The notes under the pieces were generated by a model that was given only the letters and a program-made list of their open reading frames with translations, was not told the DNA's origin and made no database searches. A program made the translations under genes and the position numbers. Below, piece by piece: positions 20,162 to 30,921 of a DNA stretch of 56,292 nucleotides; the first letter of the stretch is position 1; each line of letters opens with the position of its first letter. Source of the DNA: Clostridia bacterium (GTDB lineage: Bacteria; Bacillota; Clostridia; Oscillospirales; SIG627); assembly GCA_017439965.1 (NCBI GenBank), contig JAFSID010000013.1, positions 1-56,292 of the forward strand, given 5' to 3'.

Positions 20162-22030
20162 TCAATCCCCTAAAAGTCGGGCAAGTCCCGTCATCGTCAC
20201 CTGAACGATATCTTCATCGGAATAGAGTCGGTCGGTGATGATATCCTCTGCAGTAATCTTATTATGGCAATAAGCCTTGACGTTGATGCCCGTTTTTTCA
20301 AGTATATCGGCAAACACGCCGTATACACCTTCAGTATATAACAAAACGTCATTTGAGTCAAGTTCATTTTTTGCCATTTCAAGAGCTTTGATTAACTCGA
20401 AGCTCATAAGCGCTGGAAGGCTGTCTCCAAGGAACAAAAGCTCCTTCGAAAGTCTGACGGGAGCATTGAAGCGCCCCGCATTGTTAAGCTTTTCACTCGG
20501 TAAGCATTTACCCATTGTCGAAAGGTCAACCACAAGTGCGCGTCTGCCCTTTTTCAAAATATCCCAAATTACAGACCTGTGCCCGACGAGATTATCCGTA
20601 CCGCCCGACCAGAGACAGACGGTCACGGGCAAGGAATTGGTGTTTTCGGGAGAAAACAAAACGCCGTAAGAGGCAAGCTCACGCTGTCCAAACCACATAA
20701 TACGCTGAATTTCAGCGCCTTCAAGCGTATCCTTGAAAAGATAGCGGACGTGAGGCTCAACCTCCTCACGCTCAAAATATATTTTCTTGCGGAGAAGCTC
20801 TGCGGAATTCTTCAAGGGCCTTCGGCTTTTATACTCGGCAAGGTTTTCCTCATACACGGTGGTATACTCGGGATAAGCCGAATAAACGCTTCCGTCGGGA
20901 GAGGTATAAAGAGGCGACGGGTCGTCAAAAATCTTCACGTCGGGCTTGACACAAGCCTTCCTTCCGTCAAGCACCTCTGCGAAAAACTCTGCCGCACGGC
21001 AAGCAAGCACTTTAGTATACGCGTGCTTTGAGTCATCCCACGCAATGCGCAGGTTATCCTCACAGCCGAAAAGTCGGTAAAATTCCCTTCCCTTTTCAAA
21101 TACTCTTTCTGTACCCTCGGGACAGAAAAAGTCACTCTTGACCCCCAAAATGAGATAAGGCTTCGGACAAAATGCGGATATCAGCTCAAAATGGTCGAAA
21201 TTATTTTTCGTAATTCCTTCCCATACCTGCTCGGCATCCTGAGTACTTCCTGCAGGAAAATAATCACGTCGGGTGGTGATAAACGTACCGGGTGCGGTTG
21301 CCTTGATCCTGTCGTCCATAATTGATATGACCGAGGTCATCGTACCGCCTCCCGAGTTACCCGTAGCGCCTATACGCTCACTGTCAAGCTCGGGACGGGA
21401 CTCTATATAGTCAATAGCGCGCATTGCATCCGAAATGAAATATTTTAAAACGGAAGTACCGTTCAGAATACACTGTCTGCCTACCCACTCGTGCTCGTAG
21501 CAGGGAGACTCACGCATCTCGGGTGTCTCGGAATAGCCCTGACGCTCGCCCTGACCTATATGGTCAATGGCAAAAACGGCAAGACCCGTTTTTGCAATAA
21601 TCCTGCACACCGTCTGATACTGCGCATAAAATCTTCCCAAGGGGGCGTGACCGCATTGAAAAAGAACCGTCGGAAGCTTGCCGTCCGCATTCTCGGGCAT
21701 ATAGAGAGTCGCGGGGACAAAAACGTTTTTCCTTGACTGAAAAACGATATTTTCAATTCTCAAACCGTCATCGGCAAAGCTTTTTACCACACGGGAGTTG
21801 AGCGGAAGAGACTTATCGTAGGGTATTTTACCCACGCTCTTTTTAAAGGTGTTTATGGCGCGACGGCGGTATTTTTCAAATTGCTCAAGGCTTTTGACTC
21901 GGTCACGGAGCTTATCAGCGCGGTCGAAAGCCTTGTCGCTTCGCCTTAAAATGTGTAGAAAAAGCTTATCGTCAAGGGCGTAAAAATCATCCGTCGGCGT
22001 ATATTTTTCTATTTTTTCAAGGGTGGTCAT
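20162..22030 (-). CDS. Alpha/beta hydrolase (acetylxylan esterase/deacetylase-like), two-domain
   Basis: CGH, GQGER, nucleophile elbow TGNSGGG, PKPYLIL..DFF and H-AY; degenerate second hydrolase-like domain. Confidence 0.75.
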   Translation of the reverse strand: MTTLEKIEKYTPTDDFYALDDKLFLHILRRSDKAFDRADKLRDRVKSLEQFEKYRRRAINTFKKSVGKIPYDKSLPLNSRVVKSFADDGLRIENIVFQSRKNVFVPATLYMPENADGKLPTVLFQCGHAPLGRFYAQYQTVCRIIAKTGLAVFAIDHIGQGERQGYSETPEMRESPCYEHEWVGRQCILNGTSVLKYFISDAMRAIDYIESRPELDSERIGATGNSGGGTMTSVISIMDDRIKATAPGTFITTRRDYFPAGSTQDAEQVWEGITKNNFDHFELISAFCPKPYLILGVKSDFFCPEGTERVFEKGREFYRLFGCEDNLRIAWDDSKHAYTKVLACRAAEFFAEVLDGRKACVKPDVKIFDDPSPLYTSPDGSVYSAYPEYTTVYEENLAEYKSRRPLKNSAELLRKKIYFEREEVEPHVRYLFKDTLEGAEIQRIMWFGQRELASYGVLFSPENTNSLPVTVCLWSGGTDNLVGHRSVIWDILKKGRRALVVDLSTMGKCLPSEKLNNAGRFNAPVRLSKELLFLGDSLPALMSFELIKALEMAKNELDSNDVLLYTEGVYGVFADILEKTGINVKAYCHNKITAEDIITDRLYSDEDIVQVTMTGLARLLGD

Positions 22031-22761
22031 ATACTCAAAATCTCACTTGCGCTGTTTTCGTCAAGATAGAGAATGAAATCGGGATGCTCCTTGAGAAGCG
22101 TTGCAGGAACAAGGTTTGTGGTATCCTTTGCAGAGAGGGTATTTTTTATAGCCTCCGCCTTTACCTTATGAGGCACGCAGGATACTATCCTCTTACAAAG
22201 CATAATCTGATAAGCGGTCATAGATACAGCCTGCTTGGGTACGTCGTCAATGGTTGCAAACCATCCCTCACCCATCTGCTGTTTTTTGCAACGCTCGTTG
22301 AGGTCAACCACGATATACGCCTCTTTAGTGTCAAAGTTAGCAGGCGGATCGTTGAAGGCGATATGTCCGTTTTCACCGATGCCGATAAGACCGATATCAA
22401 TAGGCGCACGGCGAATTTCCTCGGTAAGCTTTGCAATCCCTTCAACCGTACCGTCAACGAAATGAGTAGCCTTAAGCGCTCCTACCTTCTCAACGAATCT
22501 CTCCTTGAGATACTTGCGGAAGCTCGCAACGTGAGTCTCGGGAAGGTCTACGTACTCGTCAAGATGGAACATCTCAACGCATTCCCACTTAATATCAGGC
22601 TCTTCAACAAGCGCCTTGAGAGTATCAAACTGCGATGCGCCCGTTGAAAGCGCAATTCTCGCCTCGCCCTTTTCGGCTATAACCTCACGGAGCACCTGAG
22701 CCACCTGCTTTGCGGCGCTTCTTCCAAGCTCCTCGCTGTTTTTACAAATTCTGATTTCCAT
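22027..22761 (-). CDS. nagB: Glucosamine-6-phosphate deaminase/isomerase family (NagB-like)
   Basis: LSTGASQ, FHLDEY, SFRKYL and IGIGENGHIAFNDPP; same operon as nagA. Confidence 0.75.
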   Translation of the reverse strand: MEIRICKNSEELGRSAAKQVAQVLREVIAEKGEARIALSTGASQFDTLKALVEEPDIKWECVEMFHLDEYVDLPETHVASFRKYLKERFVEKVGALKATHFVDGTVEGIAKLTEEIRRAPIDIGLIGIGENGHIAFNDPPANFDTKEAYIVVDLNERCKKQQMGEGWFATIDDVPKQAVSMTAYQIMLCKRIVSCVPHKVKAEAIKNTLSAKDTTNLVPATLLKEHPDFILYLDENSASEILSI

Positions 22762-22773
22762 ATTTTTTTCTCC

Positions 22774-24004
22774 TTATTCAAAAAATTCGTCTATTCTTAC
22801 CTGTCTGTTTTCTGCCATTGAAATATTTGCCGCCGCGCCGATTCCCATTGACGTCATACCTGCGCGAAGGTCTGCCATCTGTCCGAGCTCGTCATTCTCA
22901 CAGCCTCTGAAAAGACAGCTTCTGAGAAGCCTGTCACTGCCTCCGTGCGCCTCGGTGCTCATTTCTGAAAGCTTATAGGTTATCTCCTCGCCCGTTCTGT
23001 CGTAAAGCTTTATTACGGGTCTGGGAGCTTTATCGGAATAGTCACCGACGTTTCCCGTCCAGTATTTTGTAAATTCAAGTCTTCCGAGCGTTCCGTTCAT
23101 AACGATATTACAAGCCTCAAGAGGTGAATGTGCTGTGAGCGAATAGCTCATAACAGTACCCTTTTTATACTTTACGCTGACCGAAACACTGTCCTCGATA
23201 TCAATGTCGGGAGAGAACACGCAACGGTCACGCCAATAACCGTCCTCCTCCTCGCAATCGAAATATATACGGCGGATATCCTTGCTTTTTTCTATATCAA
23301 AATAAAACTTACATTTCTTCGCATAGGGACAGGTGTGGCATCTTTCACCTCTTTTTTCGGTAACGGGTCCGTAGAAGCGGCGCGTACCAAATGCGTTGAC
23401 CGCCTCGGGCTCGTCCTCAAGAAACCAATTCATAACGTCGAAATGGTGTGTGGATTTATGTATAAGCAAGGAGCCCGAATTACGTCTTTCGCGGTGCCAA
23501 CGGCGGAAATAATCCGCGCCGTGACGGGTGTCAAGCATCCATTGGTAATGCACACTTAAAACATCACCCAAAACGCCCGATTTTATAATCTCCTTCACCC
23601 TTCTGAAGTCGGGACGGAAGCGTAGATTGAAGGTCACGGTCACGTGCTTACCCGTTTCCTCCTCCGCCTTTTTTTATGGCAAGAGCCTTTTCAAAGGTGG
23701 TGGTCAACGGCTTTTCGGAAATGACGTCACAGCCCGAGTAAAGCGCTTTGATAATATACTCGTCGTGAAATGCGTCAACCGTCGTAACGATTACAGTATC
23801 AGGCTTTGTCTCCTCAAGCATTTTTTCAAAGCCGTCAAAGACGGGAACGGTCTCGCCCGTATACTCGCTGACAAGCTCGGCTCTTTTTCTGTTTACGTCG
23901 TAAGCACCGCAAAGCTCGGCGCAGTCCTGATATTCCTTTACTATCGGTACGGCGTATGACGTTATTCCTCTATATCCGCATCCTACTATAACGTACTTTT
24001 TCAT
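22774..24004 (-). pseudogene. Gfo/Idh/MocA oxidoreductase split by a 1-nt frameshift in an A7 run
   Basis: 23648..24004 (VGCGYRG, ISEKPL) and 22774..23643 (FNLRF, HGADYFRRWHR, HKSTHHFD) join into one 409-aa ORF (AIKKAEEETGKHVTVTFNLRF) if one T is removed from 23669-23675. Confidence 0.85.
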
Positions 24005-24191
24005 ACCCTATCTCCTCTTATAAGTTGACAATTTCATTATATTGTGATAGCATTAAAAAGTAAAGTGATAATTTTATGATTTTCGGTATAAAATTATACT
24101 TGATGCAATATTAAATATCGCTTTATTACGGATGATTTAAAATATTATAAGCACTTTTTTATTATAAGCAGGATAAAATTAGGAGAATTAT

Positions 24192-25004
24192 ATGCCCGTT
24201 TCTTTTCTCGGAATTAAAAATATCGGTCTTGAGCCCGAAAGCGTGCAGCTTTATACACCGCCAATCGTATGGAAGGGTGACAGCGTAGGGCACGTAGGCT
24301 ATTTTGACGTCTTCTTTCTCGTCACTCAAGGAGAGTGCTTTTTGAACGTCGCGGGGCAAAGCTACGTTGTAAAAAGCGGTCAGCTTGCCTTTCTACCAAA
24401 GGGTAAGCTGAGACAGTATACTCAAATTTCTAAAAGCTTTTCAATGTACGAGCTTCGCTTTAACGCCTTGGCAGACGGTGAAAGCCTTATGCAGACGCTC
24501 GGTCTTGCCGACGGAAATTTCGTAGTGGACCTTCACTCCGACGAGGCGTTGAGGCTTTTTGAAAGCTCCTGCCATCAGGAATTTACTCAATCTCCTCTTC
24601 ACCGTGTCGCTATGTGCTCAAGCCTTATTTCGATTATAAAAATATACGCCGAGGAAAGACAGAGACAGGGCGGCTCTGATACGGGCTTTTTCAAGCCAGT
24701 GCTTGAATATATGTCGGAGAATATGTCCTCCGCCGTCACCCTTTCCCACCTTTCCGCACTCGTCTATATGCACCCGACCTATTTCGTCAAGCGCTTCGGA
24801 GAGTGCTTCGGTATGCCTCCGCTTGCCTATCTCAACCGTATGAGAATATATCAGGCAATGGGACTTCTGTCGGGTACGGAAATGTCGGTTGAGGAAATAG
24901 CCAGAAGCGTCGGCTTTTCCGATTCCTCTTATTTTGCAAGAGCCTTCAAGAAGCAAACGGGAGCAACTCCCACCGAATACCGAAACGCCTTCAAGCGACC
25001 GTGA
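24192..25004 (+). CDS. AraC-family transcriptional regulator
   Basis: Cupin-like N-terminus and VGFSDSSYFARAFKKQTGATPTEYR; divergent from the nag cluster. Confidence 0.92.
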   Translation: MPVSFLGIKNIGLEPESVQLYTPPIVWKGDSVGHVGYFDVFFLVTQGECFLNVAGQSYVVKSGQLAFLPKGKLRQYTQISKSFSMYELRFNALADGESLMQTLGLADGNFVVDLHSDEALRLFESSCHQEFTQSPLHRVAMCSSLISIIKIYAEERQRQGGSDTGFFKPVLEYMSENMSSAVTLSHLSALVYMHPTYFVKRFGECFGMPPLAYLNRMRIYQAMGLLSGTEMSVEEIARSVGFSDSSYFARAFKKQTGATPTEYRNAFKRP

Positions 25005-25022
25005 ATATATTTATCCACCCCG

Positions 25023-25051
25023 TTGACAATTCAAGGGCTTTGTGATACAAT
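25023..25051 (+). promoter_or_regulatory. SigA promoter
   Basis: TTGACA-N17-TACAAT with TG extension. Confidence 0.75.
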
Positions 25052-25083
25052 TTCCTTTGATTTTATGAAAAGAGGTTTTAAAA

Positions 25084-25968
25084 ATGGCTATCGTTATTAT
25101 TGCATTTATTATTTCAATGCTCGGTCTTGCATCGGGTAGTGTGTTTTACAAAATGGGTGCGGAAAGACAGGCTGACCCCAAAAGCTCGCCCGCGCTTCTC
25201 TGCTTCTTCTATTTTCTCATTGCCGCAATAGGCTACGTCGTTGCAGGCTTTATCACAAATATTTCCTTCACCGCAACCCTTCCGACCCTTATAACCGCGC
25301 TTATCGGAGGCGTATGCTTTTCGGCGGCGGCTTATCTTTACATACTCTCGCTCAAGAGCGGTCCCTTTACTATTTCCGCGGTGCTTCTTAACTTTTCAAA
25401 CTTTGCTCCCATTCTCTACTGTCTTATTTTCCCAGGTGATATGATAGGACTCGTTACTCTTTCGGGTATAATCCTTATGGCAATATCCGTTTACGTGCTT
25501 ACCTCAAGAAACAAGGGAGAGGGAGAAACGGGCGTCAACAAGAAATGGATCCTTTACATCACTCTCACCTTTATCACAAACTCCATCATTTCCTACTGCA
25601 TCCGTCTTCAAGAGCATTTTGCGGTCAAGAATGAGTCGGTTATCTTCTACGTAATACTGTTTGGCTCTGCCGCAATTATCTCTCTTATAATCTTTCTTGC
25701 GATGGGCGGAGCTAAAATCAAGCAAAACAGCGTAAGACTTCTTCCGCCCGCAATCGGTCTTGCACTTACCATAAGCGCTAACGTATTTCCTCAGACTATT
25801 CTTTATCAGCACTCGGTTCCCGCGGCGGTACAGTCTCCAATTATCAACGGCGGTGCAATTCTTTTAGCGGCTCTTTTCGGAAGAATATTCTTCAAGGATA
25901 AGCTTTCACTCAAGGCTTGGATTGCAATTATTATCGGTATTGTTGCAATAGTTCTTCTCGGCATTTAA
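25084..25968 (+). CDS. EamA/DMT-like membrane transporter
   Basis: About 10 hydrophobic segments in two repeats; GP..IS and FFKDKLS motifs. Confidence 0.8.
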   Translation: MAIVIIAFIISMLGLASGSVFYKMGAERQADPKSSPALLCFFYFLIAAIGYVVAGFITNISFTATLPTLITALIGGVCFSAAAYLYILSLKSGPFTISAVLLNFSNFAPILYCLIFPGDMIGLVTLSGIILMAISVYVLTSRNKGEGETGVNKKWILYITLTFITNSIISYCIRLQEHFAVKNESVIFYVILFGSAAIISLIIFLAMGGAKIKQNSVRLLPPAIGLALTISANVFPQTILYQHSVPAAVQSPIINGGAILLAALFGRIFFKDKLSLKAWIAIIIGIVAIVLLGI

Positions 25969-25995
25969 ACAACTTTATTAATCAAAATATACAAC

Positions 25996-26030
25996 AAAAA
26001 AATCAAGGCTCAAATGAGCCTTGATTTTTT
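25996..26030. terminator. Bidirectional terminator
   Basis: AAAAAAATCAAGGCTCA-AA-TGAGCCTTGATTTTTT. Confidence 0.85.
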
Positions 26031-26048
26031 CACTTTATCAGGATTGAA

Positions 26049-27890
26049 TTACCATTCCCAATCGTCTGCTTCCATTACAACGTTCTTGGTGCTTCCGCTG
26101 TTGATGGTATAAGCTGTACCGTTGTTATAGGTAAGATCGTTGTGATAGAACTTGTATGAACCGCTGGTTGATACGATTCCAAAGGTTCTTGTGGTATTAA
26201 GATCACAGTTTTCTACGTACATATAAGCGGGATACTTAACGCCGTCAACGGCATTGTTTCCGTTTACGTAAAATGCAACCGCATCCCATTCTGTACCCTT
26301 GATTACCGTGAGATCATAGCACTTAACCTTTGACTTACGGATGGACTGAACTGCAGCGTTGTCCTTGTTGTTAGTAGTCTTAGCCGTTGCGTCAAGATAA
26401 AGGTTGCGAAGAGTTACTTCAATATATTCAGCCTTCGTTCCGCTACAGTTAAAGAGGTGACGGTTTGAGCTTGAAGATGATTTTTTAACTACCTCAACAG
26501 AATCCTTGTCACCGAGACCGATTATATCCATGCTGGAATAAACGTTTATGGTAGTTCCCTCGTTATATGTACCGGGGAGGAGATATACAGTGCTATGCTC
26601 ATTGTTCTGAAGAGCAGAAATTTCTGCGTAAAGTTTGTTTTCGCCAATTCTCTTAACACCTTCAAGGTTTTCGGGAATTACTGTATCGGGAGCCGCAAGT
26701 ATAACAGTTTCGTCAGCCTTGCTTACCGCATAGCAGGTCTTACCGTTCTTGGTATATTCAAGAACAAGACGCTCGGTATCATTTTTAAGAGTTACGTCTA
26801 TCTCTCTGGGGTCATACACTACGCCGTCTTTGTTAGCCTCAAAAAGACCGGCAACGATTTTCTTGTCCTCTACGACACCTCCTATCGAAAGCTCCTCATA
26901 AACGACTGAGAAGGGACTGAAGGAATCTGTGTAGAAGCTGATTATATGGGTAAGGGGATCGTATTCATAATCCTCTACCTCAACACCGTTATGATAAACC
27001 TTGCTGATATTCAAAAGAACTCCTATGTCGATCTGAACCAAATACTTAACGCCCGCTTCGGCAACAACGGGCACACCGTCCTTGTTAAGCTTGATTTCGT
27101 AGCTTGCAGTAACAAGACCTTCCGAATCCGCGGTAGTGCTGATGTGGTCTGCGTCAATAGAATACATTCCCTTCTCTGCGTTCAAGGGAACTGTAACGGC
27201 TACACCGCTTGCGGTATCCTCAATGGTGGTTCCCTCGGGATATTCAGCAGGCTTATCGTAGGTCTTATCAAAGCTGTCATCTTCAAACTCAAGCTGAGTT
27301 GCTACAAGCTGAATTGCAAAATCCGTACCGATGGACTTGTTCTGATACTCGTTACCTGCAGACTCCCTCATCTTGAGAGCGATCGTGATAACCTCGCTAT
27401 CCTTTGCCTCAAGCTCGCCGTAGCCGGTTGCTCCAAGATTTGCAATAGCCTCGGTAAGATTGCCCATAGCGGTCTTCCCGTCAAGAGAGTCACGGTTTGC
27501 AATCTGCTCTGCGGGGTCAAGATAGTATACATCAATAACGTCTGTAAGTTTATCAATATCTCCATAAGGGATGATATTGACCTGATACTTAAGGGCAAGG
27601 GTTCCGTTATTTGAAATTCTGATATGCTTAACCTCAGTATAACCGGGCTCCCACTTATCATTTTTAAAAATAGCACCCGTGGACGCATCTGTCCATCCTG
27701 TTGTATCAGCTGGGTCTGTATTACCCTCTTTCCATTCAAGCGCAACGTCAAGAGTACCCGACTTGATTATATTTCCCGTACTGGTAACGCTGTCGGTAAA
27801 CCAAGCAAAAGTAGTACCGATAAGCATTGACGCACAGAGAAGAAGGGAAAGCGCGCTCATAAGAAGTGAATGCTTTGTGCTTCTTTTCAT
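26049..27890 (-). CDS. SipW-type signal peptide protein, TasA/CalY-like N-domain plus beta-helix-like passenger (copy 1, 613 aa)
   Basis: Start reassigned to ATG 27890 after AAAGGAG. GTTFAWFTD..GN...SGTL, WEPG, NNGTLALKY, AGNEYQ and LVATQ motifs. Confidence 0.8.
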   Translation of the reverse strand: MKRSTKHSLLMSALSLLLCASMLIGTTFAWFTDSVTSTGNIIKSGTLDVALEWKEGNTDPADTTGWTDASTGAIFKNDKWEPGYTEVKHIRISNNGTLALKYQVNIIPYGDIDKLTDVIDVYYLDPAEQIANRDSLDGKTAMGNLTEAIANLGATGYGELEAKDSEVITIALKMRESAGNEYQNKSIGTDFAIQLVATQLEFEDDSFDKTYDKPAEYPEGTTIEDTASGVAVTVPLNAEKGMYSIDADHISTTADSEGLVTASYEIKLNKDGVPVVAEAGVKYLVQIDIGVLLNISKVYHNGVEVEDYEYDPLTHIISFYTDSFSPFSVVYEELSIGGVVEDKKIVAGLFEANKDGVVYDPREIDVTLKNDTERLVLEYTKNGKTCYAVSKADETVILAAPDTVIPENLEGVKRIGENKLYAEISALQNNEHSTVYLLPGTYNEGTTINVYSSMDIIGLGDKDSVEVVKKSSSSSNRHLFNCSGTKAEYIEVTLRNLYLDATAKTTNNKDNAAVQSIRKSKVKCYDLTVIKGTEWDAVAFYVNGNNAVDGVKYPAYMYVENCDLNTTRTFGIVSTSGSYKFYHNDLTYNNGTAYTINSGSTKNVVMEADDWEW

Positions 27891-27963
27891 TGTTTTTTCT
27901 CCTTTAAATAATTTGAATCGGAGCAATCTCAAAGGGTTAAAAAAGGCTCCTATCACATTTTCC

Positions 27964-27991
27964 ATTTTAGTCAAAAATCGCATATTGTCAA
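27964..27991 (-). promoter_or_regulatory. SigA promoter of TasA-like copy 1
   Basis: TTGACA-N16-TAAAAT. Confidence 0.6.
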
Positions 27992-28126
27992 GTATCATCA
28001 ACAAATTGGTCGTTTTTTTCACGCAATCGAAACAAAATCAGAAGAATTCAGGCTTTGTAATCGCATAAAGCAAACTCTCTTAAAAAAATAAGGAGGCCGA
28101 GTCCGATGGACTCAGCCCCTGAATAA

Positions 28127-29734
28127 TCAGTATATTCTTCCCAAAACAGCGTTAAGCTGATTGTCAACAGTATAATAAGAATCCTTGTATGTATTTACGA
28201 TATCGGTAATTGAATTAACGAGAGGAAGCGTCAATGCGCCCGTAGGCTCCTGACCGACCGACAATTGAAGGAAGGTGACCGCATTAGTGGTATGCTCGTC
28301 CCACTTGCCGTCAACGAACTCGCCTCTCATAAAGCCCATAAGCTCAAGGCGTCTTTCAAGAGCGGTAACGACCTCGTTTTCCGCTCCGTCAACAGCCTCG
28401 ACGTAATTGATGTAATTAAACCATTCAAGGTCTGTGGGAAACTCGAATTTAACGCGGGGATTGTCAAGATACACGGTAGGCATAAGACCCTTTTCGTTAT
28501 AGGTCTGACCTCTGTAATCGTACGCCACGAAGGTTGTAATACCGTAGGTGGAATCATCAATCAGCGTTGCGGCGCTCTGTGCCACCGCCTTGCCTACGGT
28601 CTTTTTGCCGACGAGCGTTGCGCCTGCGTGCTGCTTGAGACAAAGAGCGGTAATCTCGGCGCTCGACGCGGTATTCTCGTTTACGAGCACGTGAAGAGTA
28701 TCAAACTCAACTCCTCCGCCGTTTGACTTGAAGCCGTGATAATTGAGCTTGCCCTCGCGTCCCATTGAGAAAAGCGGCACGTCCTCATCCTCAATAAAAG
28801 CGCTGATAATATTCGAGGCAACGTAAACGTCTCCGCCCGAATTGTCACGGAGGTCAAGAATTGCGTTGACGTAGCCCAACTCCTTAAGCTCCTTGAAGCG
28901 TTCGATCAGCTGAAGATACGTATTGGGATTCTTGAAGCTTGAAAGCTGGAGCACAAAGGCTCGGTCATTGGGATAAAGATGAAAGCTGAATTCACGGAAT
29001 ACAGTCGAGCGACGCTCAAGAGTCACGTCGGTCTCGGAAATCTCCTCGCCGTCTATTCTCTCATACTTCAGCTCAATATAATTATCGTCCTCTCCGAGAG
29101 AGGAAAGAATTGCCTGAACAGCGGAAAACGGCGAGCTTGAAACGTCATAGCCCATAAGAGAGGTAAGTCGGTCACCCGTGCGGATGCCCATTGCGGCAGC
29201 GGTTGAGCCGGGTGCAACGCCCTCAACGAAGGTGCCGACACTTCCCCACGCATCTCCCGTCTCATCGTAAACGAAGGTAATTCCAACTCCCTTTGCGGTT
29301 GTGGAATTCCAGAAGGAATCGTAATATTGCGGAGGCAGATAATAGCTGTATTTATCAAGAAGCGAAAACAGATTCTTATACGCCGTGTCCATATCCTTGG
29401 TATCGACGTACTTGAATTTCTCGGCATACTGTCGGAATATCTCCTCGGCGGTAGTCGGGATATAATAAAGGTCCTCAATTGCGTAGCAGAAGTATACGAA
29501 CTTGTCGGAATTGATATAACGCTCGCTTTCGTCAACCGTCTTTAAGGTCTCGTAAAAATCCTTAAGCGTCATAGTCTCGGGTATGTAAACGATACCTCTT
29601 GCAAGCCGTTCAATATCCGACATCTCGGAATAGTCAAGAGTCTCCTCGGGCTGAGCAGCTTCATCCGCCAGCGCCGTAACGAGAGTCAATGACAGAACGA
29701 TTACAAGCAAAAGTGCTGTTAAAATCCTTTTCAT
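28127..29734 (-). CDS. S41-family carboxy-terminal processing protease with PDZ and peptidoglycan-binding domains
   Basis: Signal peptide, LDKYSYY, GVGI (PDZ), ILDLRDNSGG, NENTASSAE (Ser), TVGKA (Lys) and a C-terminal PG-binding-like segment. Confidence 0.88.
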   Translation of the reverse strand: MKRILTALLLVIVLSLTLVTALADEAAQPEETLDYSEMSDIERLARGIVYIPETMTLKDFYETLKTVDESERYINSDKFVYFCYAIEDLYYIPTTAEEIFRQYAEKFKYVDTKDMDTAYKNLFSLLDKYSYYLPPQYYDSFWNSTTAKGVGITFVYDETGDAWGSVGTFVEGVAPGSTAAAMGIRTGDRLTSLMGYDVSSSPFSAVQAILSSLGEDDNYIELKYERIDGEEISETDVTLERRSTVFREFSFHLYPNDRAFVLQLSSFKNPNTYLQLIERFKELKELGYVNAILDLRDNSGGDVYVASNIISAFIEDEDVPLFSMGREGKLNYHGFKSNGGGVEFDTLHVLVNENTASSAEITALCLKQHAGATLVGKKTVGKAVAQSAATLIDDSTYGITTFVAYDYRGQTYNEKGLMPTVYLDNPRVKFEFPTDLEWFNYINYVEAVDGAENEVVTALERRLELMGFMRGEFVDGKWDEHTTNAVTFLQLSVGQEPTGALTLPLVNSITDIVNTYKDSYYTVDNQLNAVLGRIY

Positions 29735-29745
29735 TTTTTATCCTT

Positions 29746-30819
29746 TCAATTGTTAAGTGCCCATTCTGCAAGGCGTGTAATAAGCTCTGAGTAGGAAATG
29801 CCCATATTCTCCATAAGCTTAGGGTACATACTGATACTGGTAAAGCCGGGAAGCGTATTAATTTCATTGAACACAAGTCCATTTTCGGTTGCAAAGAAGT
29901 CAACTCTGGAAAGTCCTCTGCAATCGAGCGTTCTGAATACCTTTTCGGCATAGCCCTGCACCTCCTTTATTCTCTCGGGAGAAAGGCGGGCGGGAATATA
30001 GAACTGCGCAGTATCGTTTTTATACTTGGTATCGTAATCGTAAAAGCCCTCTCCCGTGACAAGCTCACCGGGAAGGGATACGAAAAGCGACCTCTTGCCG
30101 TCAACCGTCTCGTCCATTACGGCAACCTCAATCTCGCTGCCGACGATAGTCTCCTCGGCAAGCACCTTGGCATCGTACTTAAAGGCGTGCTCAAGCGCCT
30201 TGACGAGCGCCTCTCTGTCATCAGCCCTCGAAACACCGACGGATGAACCCGTACCGCAGGGCTTAATAAATATAGGATAGCTTATTTTCTCCTCACACTC
30301 GGCAATACTCTTGTTAATATCGTTCTCGCGGCGGAAGAGATACCAATCTGCCATGGGAATATCGGTCTGCTCAAGAAGTGCCTTGGTCACTGATTTATCC
30401 ATCGACACCGCAGAGCCTCTGACGTCCGAGCCGATATATTTGACTCCCGAAAGCTTCAAAAGCCCCTGAAGGTTTCCATCCTCGCAGTTTTCTCCGTGAA
30501 CGACGGGGAAAAATACGTCTACGTTTTCTATCTTAAAGGTACCCTCGGCCTTATTGAATACCGCGAGTCCGTGATGTGCGGGACAGGGACTTATAACCGC
30601 AGGCAAAAGCCTTTCGGTATCCTCAACGTAGCTTCCGTCCTCTATTCTGTCAACCTCGCCGTTGTAGAGAAACTGACGGCCGTCACGAAGTATGGCAAGG
30701 GTCTTGACCTCGAATTTGTCTCGGTCAACGTTACGGATAACACCTGCGGCAGAGCGGAGTGATATCTCGTGCTCGCTGGATGCTCCTCCGAAAATTATAC
30801 ATAAAACTGTCTTTGACAT
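29746..30819 (-). CDS. ddl: D-alanine--D-alanine ligase
   Basis: FGGASSEHEISLRSA, HGENCEDG, GSSVGV, YDYDTKY and NEINTLPGFT. Start set to ATG 30819. Confidence 0.96.
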   Translation of the reverse strand: MSKTVLCIIFGGASSEHEISLRSAAGVIRNVDRDKFEVKTLAILRDGRQFLYNGEVDRIEDGSYVEDTERLLPAVISPCPAHHGLAVFNKAEGTFKIENVDVFFPVVHGENCEDGNLQGLLKLSGVKYIGSDVRGSAVSMDKSVTKALLEQTDIPMADWYLFRRENDINKSIAECEEKISYPIFIKPCGTGSSVGVSRADDREALVKALEHAFKYDAKVLAEETIVGSEIEVAVMDETVDGKRSLFVSLPGELVTGEGFYDYDTKYKNDTAQFYIPARLSPERIKEVQGYAEKVFRTLDCRGLSRVDFFATENGLVFNEINTLPGFTSISMYPKLMENMGISYSELITRLAEWALNN

Positions 30820-30921
30820 AAAATTACCTCCAAAACTGTTCAACTGTATTATATTCTATCACACAATATGCTAAAACTCAATACGAAAAAATTTTCTTAT
30901 TAAAAAATTAACCGTTAGTAC

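Noticed and set aside
23660-23680. Programmed -1 ribosomal frameshift at an A-AAA-AAG-like site
   Set aside because: Restoring the frame needs +1 (or -2), not -1, and this enzyme family is not known to use recoding.
27891-28022. N-terminal extensions in the ORF track (also 10796, 13043, 13522, 14530, 34328, 48417, 50959)
   Set aside because: They overlap promoters or neighbouring genes; downstream starts have SDs and match the family N-termini.
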